Part shown: piece after piece, positions 8,862 through 19,244 of the stretch
Numbering within the stretch: position 1 is the first letter of the stretch
Layout of the letters: every line of letters begins with the position of its first letter
Assembly: GCA_963675525.2 (NCBI GenBank)
Contig: CAXXSL010000008.1
Location: 1-64,000 of the forward strand
Direction of reading: 5' to 3'
Source: Anaerohalosphaeraceae bacterium
Lineage (GTDB): Bacteria; Planctomycetota; Phycisphaerae; Sedimentisphaerales; Anaerohalosphaeraceae
DNA length: 64,000 nucleotides
Translations under genes and position numbers: made by a program
Notes under the pieces: generated by a model
The model's database searches: none
Seen by the model: only the letters and a program-made list of their open reading frames with translations
What the model was told of the DNA's origin: nothing

Positions 8862-9734
8862 CTAATGGGCCTGAAGGCGTCTTAAGACTTCCTCAAACAT
8901 ATCAGGGTGATCACCCGGCCCCTGTCCAACAGAATTAGAGCCTGCGCTAAGACTGCCGGGCTTATTCCAAGGCCAATTATCCTCATCGTCAAATAATCCC
9001 GCATCATTACAAAACGTCACATGGCCATCCGCATAAGCTGCCGACAAACCCGAGGGGTTTGATTCATAAACGGAGCCTCGGGTTTTCCGATGCGGTACAG
9101 CTCTCCAGTCCTGAACATTATCAAAAACAATTGGCTTATAACCGGAGATTTTTTCGAGTTGTTTTTGTTCGTACACCCAATAGTTAAATGATGTTCGGAC
9201 AAGTCGGCTTCCACTTCCACGTGTATCAGCCGGCAACCGTGTCCCCCATTCGTAAGATCCTATATCCCCTGAATCCGAATAATCACTTTGATTTCCCTCA
9301 CCGACATAAAACTCATAATAATAGGGGATTTGGTATTCGGCAGTCGTACGAGGCTGAGCAGGGCAGTAAAAAACACTCGCATCACTAATATAGCCGGTTT
9401 CATAAAGTACCGCCAGATGACGCGCTGTATTGGGATAATTAGGATGGTAGCACATATAAGAATTATAGCCCGGTAACGGATTACCAGTAGCTTCGCGATA
9501 TTCTACGGCAGTTTGACCACTACTGACGTGATAATTCTGAAAGATTCTCTGGTTGTTGTCATCAGAATACATACTGACTGCCGTCATGCACTGGCGAATA
9601 TTACTCCCGCAGACAACTCGTTTTGCATACTCTTTGGCTTTTGAAATCGCTGGGACGACAATCGCAAGCAACAGCGCAATAATCGCAATAACCACCAACA
9701 ATTCGATAAGCGTAAAGCCTTTTTTCTCTCTCAT
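8862..9734 (-). CDS. Prepilin-type N-terminal cleavage/methylation protein with H-X9-DG-like C-terminus (DUF1559-like)
   Basis: KKGFTLIELLVVIAIIALLLAIVVP...CGSNIRQ; C-terminal H...AYADGHV. Confidence 0.88.
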   Translation of the reverse strand: MREKKGFTLIELLVVIAIIALLLAIVVPAISKAKEYAKRVVCGSNIRQCMTAVSMYSDDNNQRIFQNYHVSSGQTAVEYREATGNPLPGYNSYMCYHPNYPNTARHLAVLYETGYISDASVFYCPAQPRTTAEYQIPYYYEFYVGEGNQSDYSDSGDIGSYEWGTRLPADTRGSGSRLVRTSFNYWVYEQKQLEKISGYKPIVFDNVQDWRAVPHRKTRGSVYESNPSGLSAAYADGHVTFCNDAGLFDDEDNWPWNKPGSLSAGSNSVGQGPGDHPDMFEEVLRRLQAH

Positions 9735-9933
9735 GACTCCACCATCTCCAATTAGAGTAAATATAATTCCTCAGTTTCTACAAAATCTCCCACGTTATAA
9801 TGATAGCACAATATTCACACCGCAACAACACAATAAAGCGCAAATATTTCCTTCATTTTGCGCAAGTTAAGGATATTCAATGCCTGTTTTTATTAATTTG
9901 ATTGCCTCATGCGATCCACAGCCGTCTATTTCA

Positions 9934-10935
9934 TCACTGATTTTTCCCGATTTGTACGGCCGAATTGCTTATCTGCAATTCACGACTCTTTTTCCAATTC
10001 TCAGCACCGGATTCGAGGCTTCTGGCGAAGCCGTAATCGATTTCACCCGCACAGGAGACGACAGGCTCTTTTTTCTCGTCCCAGCGGTCGTAGCTTCCGG
10101 TAATGGTGGCCATGTACCAGCGATAGGGAAACTCGTGTTCGACGATGAGCGGGTCGAGATCAGAAATGTCCACGTTATGGGCGTATTTCAGATTATGCTG
10201 TGTAACTTTCCAGGTGATGTCCTTGGTGTAATAATGATCGGCCCAGCAACGCCCAGCTTGCTGTTTGTCATCTTCGAAGAGTTGCGCCAGCATGTCAGGG
10301 TCCCATTTTTCAGGCACATAGGCATCGAAGAATGTCAGGTGAAACACCGCATCAGTATCAACCAAAGCCAGCTGTTTGGCCGCCGCATCGATCGTCCACG
10401 ACCCCGCCGAATGACCCAGCAGATGAATATGCTTAAAATCAATGCCCAGCTTTTCGATTGCCGCCGCCAACCGCGGCCCTGCAATATCCCGGGCATATTC
10501 GGCGGCCTGCACCGAGGTAATCACAATCGAACCGCCCTTCCAGTCGTACGAAGCGCATAACCATTCGTTCGGATCGACTCGTTGGCCGACTGCCGCAGCC
10601 ATCCGGCTCGGCCAGTCCTTTTCGCCTTTGTCCAGCCAGCCGTGCGTAACCAGCATCAGTTTATCAACGGTCGGCGGGATGATAATATCCGCATCAATGA
10701 CGATATTCGCATCGGCCGCAACCTCGGTGCTGAGCAGTTCATGCTGAATCGCGAAAATGCCTTCGTCGGTGATCGACAGCACTCCGGGGCCCGCCGCCGA
10801 AACCCTGACCGGGGCGTGGAGGTATTTTTCCATGCCGGAGTTTTTCATCAACTTGATCACCTCTCGGCGAGCATCAAACTCGGCAAAACAGAAAGATGCT
10901 GAAAGAATAAAAAGAATGGTCAAATATTTTTTCAT
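9934..10935 (-). CDS. Secreted alpha/beta hydrolase (lipase-like)
   Basis: Signal peptide; THGW oxyanion motif; IHLLGHSAG nucleophile elbow. Confidence 0.75.
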   Translation of the reverse strand: MKKYLTILFILSASFCFAEFDARREVIKLMKNSGMEKYLHAPVRVSAAGPGVLSITDEGIFAIQHELLSTEVAADANIVIDADIIIPPTVDKLMLVTHGWLDKGEKDWPSRMAAAVGQRVDPNEWLCASYDWKGGSIVITSVQAAEYARDIAGPRLAAAIEKLGIDFKHIHLLGHSAGSWTIDAAAKQLALVDTDAVFHLTFFDAYVPEKWDPDMLAQLFEDDKQQAGRCWADHYYTKDITWKVTQHNLKYAHNVDISDLDPLIVEHEFPYRWYMATITGSYDRWDEKKEPVVSCAGEIDYGFARSLESGAENWKKSRELQISNSAVQIGKNQ

Positions 10936-10955
10936 TCGGTTCCTGTCGTTTTCTG

Positions 10956-11041
10956 TCGCCCCTTCGGGGCTGATATTCTTTATTCATTAGCTTTCCGGAG
11001 GTTTACACCCCCGTCTAATTCACTTACACCTTTCCGGGGCT
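10956..11041 (-). repeat. Three-hairpin AGCCCC...GGGGGTGTAAAC...GCCCCGAAGGGGCGA repeat; supplies the last codons and stop of the DUF2339 gene
   Basis: Reverse complement matches 45535-45617 in layout and sequence. Confidence 0.75.
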
Positions 11042-14000
11042 GTCGGCTGTTTGTTTTTCGGCCGGTTCGAAGAAGCCTTTCTTTTTGAGGAACTGGTACA
11101 GGAATGACACGCCCACTAATAACAAGCCCGTTGTCAAAAACGTCGCGATACGATACTCCGTCCGCAAGTTCTTGAAAACGTCCCAATTGATCTTAACGAG
11201 CAGGACTGCAAAAATCGCCAGCGACAGATAGCGAATTCCGCCGGCGCGGAATATAAAACCAAGCACCAGCAACGCTGCCGCATAAAACGCCCACGAAACG
11301 GAGATATACATCTGCGCCTTAAACCGCCAGTTCTCCAATCCTCCCGTGCCATATTGATTGAGACAAGACCAATAAGCGTAAATCTGCTCACTAATAAGCA
11401 CCCACAGCAGGATTAATGAAATAAACACCATCAGCGAAGAAAGTTTCGATTGCCCCGGGTCGTCTTTGTCGGCTCGCTTTATAAACCATGCCGCCAGCAG
11501 CATCGCACCGGCATACAGCACCGCAATCGCAAAGGGAATATTGGCAAAAATAGTAAAGGTTTGGTAATACACCTCATTCATGACATACGCGGCATAGACC
11601 GCACCGCCCAGTCCCACCAGAACACCAACCCCTCGTACGAGTGCACCCGCCGGAGGAAGCGGCCGGGCCAGCAGCGACAGCACCAGTACGATGCCAATGA
11701 TAATACTGCCTAACATGAAATTGGCTTCGCCGACATTAGCCGAATCGACCTGCCATTCACAATGGGCATACCATTCCAGCAGGCACCCCGCCGCCAGCAG
11801 CAGCACGCCAATAGTATAATAAAGCTGTATCGCCGGCTTACTGTGCGGATGCAGCCATCGCCACAGCCCATGGCCTTTCAGGATCGCCACGGACACACAC
11901 ACCCATGTGATAAACGGAAGATTAAACACGAAGTTGAAATCGCCCTTGCTGTGCAGCGGCAGATGATAAAACAACCCCGCCGCGGAAAGCCCCGCCGCAA
12001 CCATCGCAATCGCTCGAATCGCCGGTTTGTCAAACCGAATGCCGGCAAACAATACAAGCAGTCCATAAACCGCCCATGAAATGATTATGTAGTAATGCGC
12101 CAGGGTCTCCCAATTGGCAATCGCCTGTCCATATTCATTCCGGCAGTACCAGTAGCTGTATATCTGTTCGCTGACCACGACAAAGATAAGCATCAGCCCC
12201 ATGACGACCATCGCACCGGGAAGTTCCCGGTGCGGGTGGTTTTCATCCACCACCCGTCGGACCTGCCAGGCCCCGAGAAAAAGGATCGCCGTAAATGCGG
12301 CGGCAATCACAAACGGGAGATTGGCGAAAATCGTAAATTTATTATAGTAAACACCCATCATCGCTATGCCGGTATAGACCGCTCCGCCGGCGGCGGTCAT
12401 GGCCCCGACCAATCGTACAAAATTGCCCTTGGGACAAATCGGACGGAGGAAAAAGCCGATGATTAAAATCGCCGCAATCATCATCATGCCCATCAGGACA
12501 TACGCCTGCTCCTGTTTGACGTATTCAATGTGCCAGCCGCAATGGGCATACCATTCCAATGCGACACCGACAGCCAAAAGCAGTCGGCCCCACACAAAAT
12601 AAATCTGCGCCAGTAATGAACCTTCTTCTTCATCTTCCACTGACCGCATAAACCGCCAGAGCCCATGACAAACCATAATAGCCAGACTCACGAAGAGCCA
12701 TGTGCCAAACGGTGCGTTCAGGAACACTTTAAATGCCTCGGAATCATGCAGCGGCAGATGATAAAACAGGCCCGCCGACGCAATTCCGGCAACGATCAGT
12801 GACATCGCCTTCGTCCACAGGCTCTGGTAACGAACGCCGATAAACGTCAGTACGACCGCTTCAACTGCCCAGCCGATCAGTTTCGGCTGCAGTTGGCTGA
12901 AATACAATCCAATTCCCACCGTTACCAGCGCTGTACCTAACACACCCAGTGCCGACGCCAGTTTGTTATCGTCCCGGCAGCGAACGGCCACAGCTCCCAT
13001 CAACGCCAGATGCACCAGTCCCATTCCTCCAACCGCCAGTGCCAGCTGCTGTTGATAGTCCGCATACAGCATCTGATAGAGATAATAAAAGACCGCCATG
13101 CTGTTAAGCACCACAAGAGCAACATCTTCGGCACGCGCCGGAATCTTTCGAATCAGGCCATGCAGAATCGGCAGCAGCAGATAAATGCTGCCGTAAACAC
13201 ACAGCCAAGCCATCGCTGTGGGCATCTGGTCGGCTCGGTAGAACTGTTCAAACCAAACGGTGTACAGCAAATAGGTGCCGACCATCGCCACCCAATTGAC
13301 AAGCCGCCAGCGTCGGAACATGCCGCAGGCCATAGCGCCGATACTGAGCACCAGTACATAACTGAACACAGGGACCGGCAAATCACGACTATGTACAATG
13401 ATTAGCGGGCTCAGATAGCCGCCCAACAATGACAGAAATGCGATCAGCCGTTCATTCAAACAGACCGCATAGGCCATTGCCGCGGTGGTAATCAAAAACG
13501 CAGCAATCAATGCCGTCGGCAATTCGATCAATCCATAGACCTTGTTCGCACTGAACACTGCGGCGTATAATAATGCAAACCCCAGGGCCGCAATCCCCTT
13601 GGCGACAATACCGTAATCGCGACGACGGATGACCTCGCCGATGATCAATGCGACAAAGCCGCCTGCTGCAACAATACAGACACGTGCGACATCGCTGAAT
13701 AACTTGTTCTCATAGACATATTTCAAAAAGAACGCCACGCCGATAATGACGGTAATCACACCGATCACCAATGCGACGGAGATACCGATCTTCATTTCCA
13801 TGTTGCTGCTTTTGCCGGGTTTTTTGATGGCTTTTTTTATAAAATCCATTGCCGCAGCCGTTTCCACGGAAACAGGTATGGCGGCTTTCGGCTGATATGA
13901 GGTTTCAGCAGCGACGCTCACAGCGGCAATTGGCGCCCTTGATTCGACCGGTTGGCTTATCGGCGGTTTTGGAGATGCTGACTGTACCGGCGGTACAGGT

Positions 14001-14206
14001 GCAACCGTCGTTTCAACCCTTGGCAATATCACCGGCTTCGGCGGCGGCTGGATTGGAGCTTCGTAGCCTTTAAACTCCATTCGGCTCATGCGGCGTTCCA
14101 GCTTGCCCAGCTTGTTAAATAAAACAATCGCCAGGATCACCGCCACCGGCCCCGCCGCGGCAAGCCCAACTGCAAACACAATTAATAATGCAAATAGTTC
14201 GTCCAT
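11024..14206 (-). CDS. DUF2339-family polytopic membrane protein with an internal duplication
   Basis: MEMKIG...GVAFFLKY, many TM helices, C-terminal ISVSWAFYA...RIATFLTTGLLL; SD AGGAG before ATG 14206. Confidence 0.85.
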   Translation of the reverse strand: MDELFALLIVFAVGLAAAGPVAVILAIVLFNKLGKLERRMSRMEFKGYEAPIQPPPKPVILPRVETTVAPVPPVQSASPKPPISQPVESRAPIAAVSVAAETSYQPKAAIPVSVETAAAMDFIKKAIKKPGKSSNMEMKIGISVALVIGVITVIIGVAFFLKYVYENKLFSDVARVCIVAAGGFVALIIGEVIRRRDYGIVAKGIAALGFALLYAAVFSANKVYGLIELPTALIAAFLITTAAMAYAVCLNERLIAFLSLLGGYLSPLIIVHSRDLPVPVFSYVLVLSIGAMACGMFRRWRLVNWVAMVGTYLLYTVWFEQFYRADQMPTAMAWLCVYGSIYLLLPILHGLIRKIPARAEDVALVVLNSMAVFYYLYQMLYADYQQQLALAVGGMGLVHLALMGAVAVRCRDDNKLASALGVLGTALVTVGIGLYFSQLQPKLIGWAVEAVVLTFIGVRYQSLWTKAMSLIVAGIASAGLFYHLPLHDSEAFKVFLNAPFGTWLFVSLAIMVCHGLWRFMRSVEDEEEGSLLAQIYFVWGRLLLAVGVALEWYAHCGWHIEYVKQEQAYVLMGMMMIAAILIIGFFLRPICPKGNFVRLVGAMTAAGGAVYTGIAMMGVYYNKFTIFANLPFVIAAAFTAILFLGAWQVRRVVDENHPHRELPGAMVVMGLMLIFVVVSEQIYSYWYCRNEYGQAIANWETLAHYYIIISWAVYGLLVLFAGIRFDKPAIRAIAMVAAGLSAAGLFYHLPLHSKGDFNFVFNLPFITWVCVSVAILKGHGLWRWLHPHSKPAIQLYYTIGVLLLAAGCLLEWYAHCEWQVDSANVGEANFMLGSIIIGIVLVLSLLARPLPPAGALVRGVGVLVGLGGAVYAAYVMNEVYYQTFTIFANIPFAIAVLYAGAMLLAAWFIKRADKDDPGQSKLSSLMVFISLILLWVLISEQIYAYWSCLNQYGTGGLENWRFKAQMYISVSWAFYAAALLVLGFIFRAGGIRYLSLAIFAVLLVKINWDVFKNLRTEYRIATFLTTGLLLVGVSFLYQFLKKKGFFEPAEKQTADSPGKV

Positions 14207-14260
14207 TTTTATCACTCCTATCACTATAGCATTTTTATTATCCGAAAATCATCCACCCCC

Positions 14261-15021
14261 GTAGGGTGGGCCTGTGGCCCACCATAAAACCATCCATGCG
14301 CTTACCCGAGTAGGGTGGGCCTGTGGCCCACCATTAGCTTCTATTCTCCGCCAAAATTTTCTTCCTGAATATTTCGAACATATTCTAATCCCTGCGTTCC
14401 CTGATACCAACCTGACTTAAGGTACTTATGGTATGTTGAATAAGGCCAATCACTAACACATTTAACATGACCGTGTTTAACTGGATTAAAGTGAATGTAA
14501 TCAAAGTGTTTCTTCAAATCTAAACGGTCGCGGATTTGATGCTCCCAAAATCGTCGCTGCCATACAGCCGCTTCTCGCTTTCGAACCCTTGAAAATGTTG
14601 TTTTACCTTCTAAGCCGCCCCGTTTACGATACGCCTTTGTGAAAAGCCCTTTGAACATGGCCCAACGTATAGAAAAATCGGCGTCGCCATCGGGCATCTT
14701 CCAGATCGTATGCAGATGATTAGGAAGCAAACACAGCGCTATCGGATCGACAGGACGCTCCCTTAGAAGTCGTCCCCATGCATACTGAAAACAATCGTAT
14801 CCAATGGGTGTCGTCAGTATTTCTTTTCGGTCATTGATTACAACCGTAAAAAAATAATAACATCCTCCTTTAAATATCGCTCTGCGATAGTTCGGCATAA
14901 TATTCATCCTTTATCCCACACGCACGGTGGGCCGCAGGCCCACCCTACCGATTCGCTTAATCAATCATCTCATTTCTACCCAAAAATCATCCACGTTCGT
15001 AGGGTGGGCCTGTGGCCCACC
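14261..15021. mobile_element. REPtron: RAYT gene flanked by four GTAG REPs
   Basis: REPs at 14261-14283(+), 14310-14332(+), 14926-14948(-) and 14999-15021(+), consensus GTAG-GGTGGGCC-tgt-GGCCCACC. Confidence 0.9.
14341..14907 (-). CDS. rayT: REP-associated tyrosine transposase (TnpA-REP/RAYT, Y1 HUH)
   Basis: MPNYRR...YFFTVV, LPNHLH (HUH), WQRRFWEHQIR, DYIHFNPVKHG and WPYST; alternative start 14898. Confidence 0.93.
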   Translation of the reverse strand: MNIMPNYRRAIFKGGCYYFFTVVINDRKEILTTPIGYDCFQYAWGRLLRERPVDPIALCLLPNHLHTIWKMPDGDADFSIRWAMFKGLFTKAYRKRGGLEGKTTFSRVRKREAAVWQRRFWEHQIRDRLDLKKHFDYIHFNPVKHGHVKCVSDWPYSTYHKYLKSGWYQGTQGLEYVRNIQEENFGGE

Positions 15022-15037
15022 ATTGTTGCTTCTCCGG

Positions 15038-15718
15038 CTATCCAAAAATCATCCACGCACCAAGAGCGAAGATACATAAATCCACAATCGCATGACTGAG
15101 ATAGCCGGGCCAGATGGATTCGTATTTGACATACATCCACGACCAGACCGCCCCGCCGACAAAAATGCCCAACGAGCAGACAATCGTCGCCGTCGGCGGC
15201 ATAAACGTATGCATCGCAATCGCATGATGCAGCGTAAAAAATACCGCCGAAACAATCACGGCCGTCATCGGCTTCATGAAGGCTTCACATTGCCTGACCA
15301 CAAACCACCGCCAGACATATTCCTCCAGCACCGAATTAACACATATCCAGTACGCCGCCCCGCCGATATACATCGCGGGTTGGTCCAGGCCGATCTCGTT
15401 CATCTTTTCGACCAGGAACGTCCTATCCAGAAAGACATCACCCAGAAGAAAATACGCACCCAAAATAATCCCGCTGATGATCAGCCCGGACAAAATGCCG
15501 AATCCAAACCCGCCCTTGCGAACCGGAGATAAACTGAACTTAGCCTTATCGACCAAAAGATACCACACAACCGGCAAACCAAACAGCCACACTTTGCTGA
15601 ACGCAAAAACAGCCTTCCCCAACGCCGTCTCCGGCCACAAAACCATCCCCGCCAACACCCCAACACTCGGTGCGGGAACCAAAAGCAACAACGATAAAAT
15701 AGCCGTTTTTTTATTCAT
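15038..15718 (-). CDS. CPBP family (CAAX/Abi) intramembrane glutamic protease
   Basis: LEEYVWR, FFTLHH and SHAIVD motifs; multi-TM. Confidence 0.9.
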   Translation of the reverse strand: MNKKTAILSLLLLVPAPSVGVLAGMVLWPETALGKAVFAFSKVWLFGLPVVWYLLVDKAKFSLSPVRKGGFGFGILSGLIISGIILGAYFLLGDVFLDRTFLVEKMNEIGLDQPAMYIGGAAYWICVNSVLEEYVWRWFVVRQCEAFMKPMTAVIVSAVFFTLHHAIAMHTFMPPTATIVCSLGIFVGGAVWSWMYVKYESIWPGYLSHAIVDLCIFALGAWMIFG

Positions 15719-18700
15719 CTTCTTTCTGCTTATTTTTTGCTTCCGTTGCCATCTGTCGCAGTTTCATCATATCGAGCTTGCCGGAACCGAGGTGGGGAAT
15801 TTCTTCAACCTGGATGATATTTTCGCGTTTGGGGATATACAGTTTCGGTAGATCGCTTTCAGCAAGCACATAAAACAACGCATCGACGTCCACCTTTTCC
15901 TTTTCGTACAAAATCACGATCTGCTCGCCCTTTTTCTCATCCGGCACGCTCGTCACCGCCAGCACCGGCTCATGGATATTGAGCCCCTGCATACACACTT
16001 CCTCAATTGTCATGTGCGGAACCATCTCGCCGCCGATCTTGCTGAACCGGCTCAGGCGGTCGCGAATCGTCACAAACCCGTCCGCATCGATGGACACAAT
16101 ATCGCCGGTGTTGTACCAGCCGTCTTTGAGCACCTCGGCTGTTTTTTCCGGCAGTGCCAGGTACCCCTTCATCACGTTAGGCCCCTTCACATACAGCAAT
16201 CCCGCCTGACCTTCTTCAACGGGCTCGCCTGTCTCAGCATCCAGTATCTTAACCGCCATCCCGGGAATCGTATGCCCCACCGTACCCGCTTTCGTGCCGA
16301 TCTGTTTGCCTCCGCCGACATTGGCATCCGGTACATTAAAGGCGATCAGCGGCGAACATTCTGTCGCGCCATAGCCTTCGCAGGGACGGATGCCGAATTT
16401 TTTCTCAAACGCATCGATCATTTTCGGTTTGAGCTTTTCCGCTCCGGCGACGATGAAGCGGATGGTTTCGAAGTCCTCCGCATCGCACCGCCGGAGATAA
16501 TTGAGCAGGAATGTCGGCGTGGCGAACAGCAGTGTCGCTTTTTCTTCGTGAATCGTATCACCGACCAGTTTACCGTCCAGCGGATTGGGGACAAAGCAGG
16601 CGGGAACACCCGCAACCAGCGGCAGCCACATGGTACAGGTCAGACCGAATGAATGAAAGAACGGTAAAATCCCGCAGAGCTTATCGCCCTTTAATACCTT
16701 AAAGACCATCAGGGCGCTTTCGATATCGCCCTGGATGTTGTGGTGGGAAAGTTGGACGCCCTTGGGCCTGCCGGAACTGCCGGAGGAAAAAAGTATGACA
16801 GCGGTTGCGTCGGCATCAAAATCTTTCGGCACGTGTGCCAGTTTATTGCGGCATCCGAACCGTGCCTTGATGAAGGCCTTTCGTTTGTCTTCGCCGGTTA
16901 CGCTCTTCATGACGTCTTCCATCAGCACGACACCGGGCAGTGTATCCGGGGCAACGCCGAGTTTTTTCAGAAATATGCGACTGGTTAAGACTGTACCGAT
17001 TTCGGCGGTTTCGATCATATAGGCCCGGTCACTCTCGGAGGCGGTATAAGATAGATTCACCGCTGTTTTGTTCAATAATGCCACGGCATAATTGGCCAAC
17101 GCTCCGGCAACGGACGAGGGTAAAAAGATGCCGATGTTTTTCCGGTCTGCAGTTTGGGCCTCAAGTTTATCTGCTAAAAGCGTAGCGGCAATCAACGTCT
17201 TTCCGAAGGTTAGCCGTTTTCCGGTCGTGTCTGACATACAGGGCTTTCGCCAGTTGCTGCGGGCGGTCTTCACGAATGTCTGCCCGAGACTGTACCGGCT
17301 GGATTTTCTGCTGTTGAAATAATCGACCGACAATTCCTCAATCGCCCATCGAATGTCGCGTTTGGATGAATTGGCAGCCATTGGTTTTCCAAAATGCACG
17401 CTGACCGGACACGGCAGTCGTTTGGGCCAGGCACTCATAAGCTTGCCGTGATAGTGGCTGAGAATACTGCCCCACAGTCCGCCGAGATAGGTTGGAATAA
17501 TCGGATAGTCGGTTCCCTTGACAATTTTCTCGAAGCCCGCATGGAACTTGCCCAGCATTCCAGTGCGCGTCAGCATTCCTTCGGCAAAAATACACACGAG
17601 GTAGCCGTCATCCATCGCTTTTCGGGCTTCCTGCAGTGCCGCGACGATTTTTTTCGGCGGGTCAGTGGCGCTGATGGGGATAATCTGTTGCAGTTTGAAC
17701 AGCCAGTGCAATACCGGAGTTTGATAAATCCCGCGGTCCATGACAAAGCGTATCCGCCGCTGTTGGGTAGCACTCAAGACAACAGCATCGGCCCATGAGA
17801 CATGATTGGAGACAATCAGGGCAGGACCTTCGGTGGGGATATTCTCTTCGCCTTCGACTTTAATGCGATAGATGACCCGCGTAATAAGTACGACGACCAG
17901 CCGGACTAAAAAGTCCGGCAGGATAATGACCGTTGTTACAGCTAATACCAGCGTTAGAATGCCCAGTCCTAAAAACATCGTGCTCGGATTGACTTTCAAA
18001 AGTCCACAGCATATCCACAGTAGGCCGGAGGCAACCAGCACACCAATCCATCCCAGGAAACTCGATGCGGCAATGACGCGAGCGCGCATTTTTTCCGGAG
18101 CACGCATCTGGATGAATGCATGGATGGGTACGATGAACAAGCCGCAACCAATCCCGAAGATGAAAATCATGCCGAAAATCGTCGATAAGGCAACATTGCC
18201 CGACGTCGATGAAAACCCCATCAGCCCCATCCCGATCGCCATGGTTGCCATCGCGACGGCCCCCATCGGGACAATGCCGAACTCGACGGACCGGCCGGAG
18301 AGTCTACCCGCCAGCCAGGAGCCAATACCGATGCCGATGGCTGAGATTAAAAACAGGTAGCCGCTCTGCATGTCCGTAAAGTGACAAACTTCCATGCCAT
18401 AGGGGATCATGTTGATTTGTGCAAAGCCGCCCAGAAGCATAAAATAGGCGCTGGCCAGCACGGTCATAAACAGATACTTATCGTTCCATATCACCGTCAG
18501 GATACGCAGGGTCTGTCGGATTGAAAGCTGATCGGATAATTTTTCTTCGGATGAGACGGGCTGGGTTTTGCCAATCCGCAAGCTCGTCCATACTCCGGCG
18601 GCGGCAATGACAACGCATGACAACGATGCCCACATGAAATTGCGGTTCAAGATGTTCGCCAGCCATGGGGCAAAGGCGGTTCCGATGACAATGGAAAGAT

Positions 18701-19151
18701 AGGTCATGCCTTCCAGAAAGCTGTTGGCTTTGGAAATCTGGTCCTTATGGACCAATTCAGGAATGATGCCGTATTTGCACGGCCCGAAGAATGCGCTCTG
18801 GGTACACATCAAAAACAGAACAACATAAATGCCCATCGCAAAGTGCGTGGTAAAGACAACCCAGCCGAGCACCATCAGTACCAGTTCGGCAATCTTGGTC
18901 ATTACGATGGTGTTTCGTTTACTGTAACGGTCGGCAATGATCCCGGCCAGCGGCGTAAAGATCAAAAAAGGAACGACAAACACCACGCCCGTCAGGGATG
19001 TGACCGTGGACGCCTTATCATCGCCTAATAGTCCTATCAGGAAAAATACCATCAGCCAGCGAAAAACATTATCATTCAGCGCACCCAAAAACTGCGTTGC
19101 ATTGTGCCAGTCAAACGACCGCGACATTTTTTGTGAATATTCTGTATTCAA
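15711..19151 (-). CDS. aas: MFS (LplT-like) + acyltransferase + acyl-ACP synthetase fusion
   Basis: TQFLGALNDN MFS N-terminus; NHVSWAD and FAEG acyltransferase motifs; FSSGSSGRPKG, EGYGATE and TGD AMP-binding motifs; TTG 19151 has SD AAGGA. Confidence 0.92.
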   Translation of the reverse strand: MNTEYSQKMSRSFDWHNATQFLGALNDNVFRWLMVFFLIGLLGDDKASTVTSLTGVVFVVPFLIFTPLAGIIADRYSKRNTIVMTKIAELVLMVLGWVVFTTHFAMGIYVVLFLMCTQSAFFGPCKYGIIPELVHKDQISKANSFLEGMTYLSIVIGTAFAPWLANILNRNFMWASLSCVVIAAAGVWTSLRIGKTQPVSSEEKLSDQLSIRQTLRILTVIWNDKYLFMTVLASAYFMLLGGFAQINMIPYGMEVCHFTDMQSGYLFLISAIGIGIGSWLAGRLSGRSVEFGIVPMGAVAMATMAIGMGLMGFSSTSGNVALSTIFGMIFIFGIGCGLFIVPIHAFIQMRAPEKMRARVIAASSFLGWIGVLVASGLLWICCGLLKVNPSTMFLGLGILTLVLAVTTVIILPDFLVRLVVVLITRVIYRIKVEGEENIPTEGPALIVSNHVSWADAVVLSATQQRRIRFVMDRGIYQTPVLHWLFKLQQIIPISATDPPKKIVAALQEARKAMDDGYLVCIFAEGMLTRTGMLGKFHAGFEKIVKGTDYPIIPTYLGGLWGSILSHYHGKLMSAWPKRLPCPVSVHFGKPMAANSSKRDIRWAIEELSVDYFNSRKSSRYSLGQTFVKTARSNWRKPCMSDTTGKRLTFGKTLIAATLLADKLEAQTADRKNIGIFLPSSVAGALANYAVALLNKTAVNLSYTASESDRAYMIETAEIGTVLTSRIFLKKLGVAPDTLPGVVLMEDVMKSVTGEDKRKAFIKARFGCRNKLAHVPKDFDADATAVILFSSGSSGRPKGVQLSHHNIQGDIESALMVFKVLKGDKLCGILPFFHSFGLTCTMWLPLVAGVPACFVPNPLDGKLVGDTIHEEKATLLFATPTFLLNYLRRCDAEDFETIRFIVAGAEKLKPKMIDAFEKKFGIRPCEGYGATECSPLIAFNVPDANVGGGKQIGTKAGTVGHTIPGMAVKILDAETGEPVEEGQAGLLYVKGPNVMKGYLALPEKTAEVLKDGWYNTGDIVSIDADGFVTIRDRLSRFSKIGGEMVPHMTIEEVCMQGLNIHEPVLAVTSVPDEKKGEQIVILYEKEKVDVDALFYVLAESDLPKLYIPKRENIIQVEEIPHLGSGKLDMMKLRQMATEAKNKQKEDE

Positions 19152-19174
19152 CGTTTGACTTCCTTTTTCACTTA

Positions 19175-19202
19175 TGTCATTCCCGCGAAGGCGGGAATCC
19201 AG
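19175..19202 (+). repeat. GTCATTCCCGCGAAGGCGGGAATCCAG palindromic repeat (dRS3-like)
   Basis: attcccgc-gaag-gcgggaat hairpin; second copy at 3690-3718. Confidence 0.85.
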
Positions 19203-19244
19203 ATTAATAACCACAATTTAACATGATTTTTACGATACTATTTT

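Noticed and set aside
14261..15021. Possible CRISPR array
   Set aside because: Repeats are GTAG REPs in mixed orientation with irregular spacing; no cas genes.
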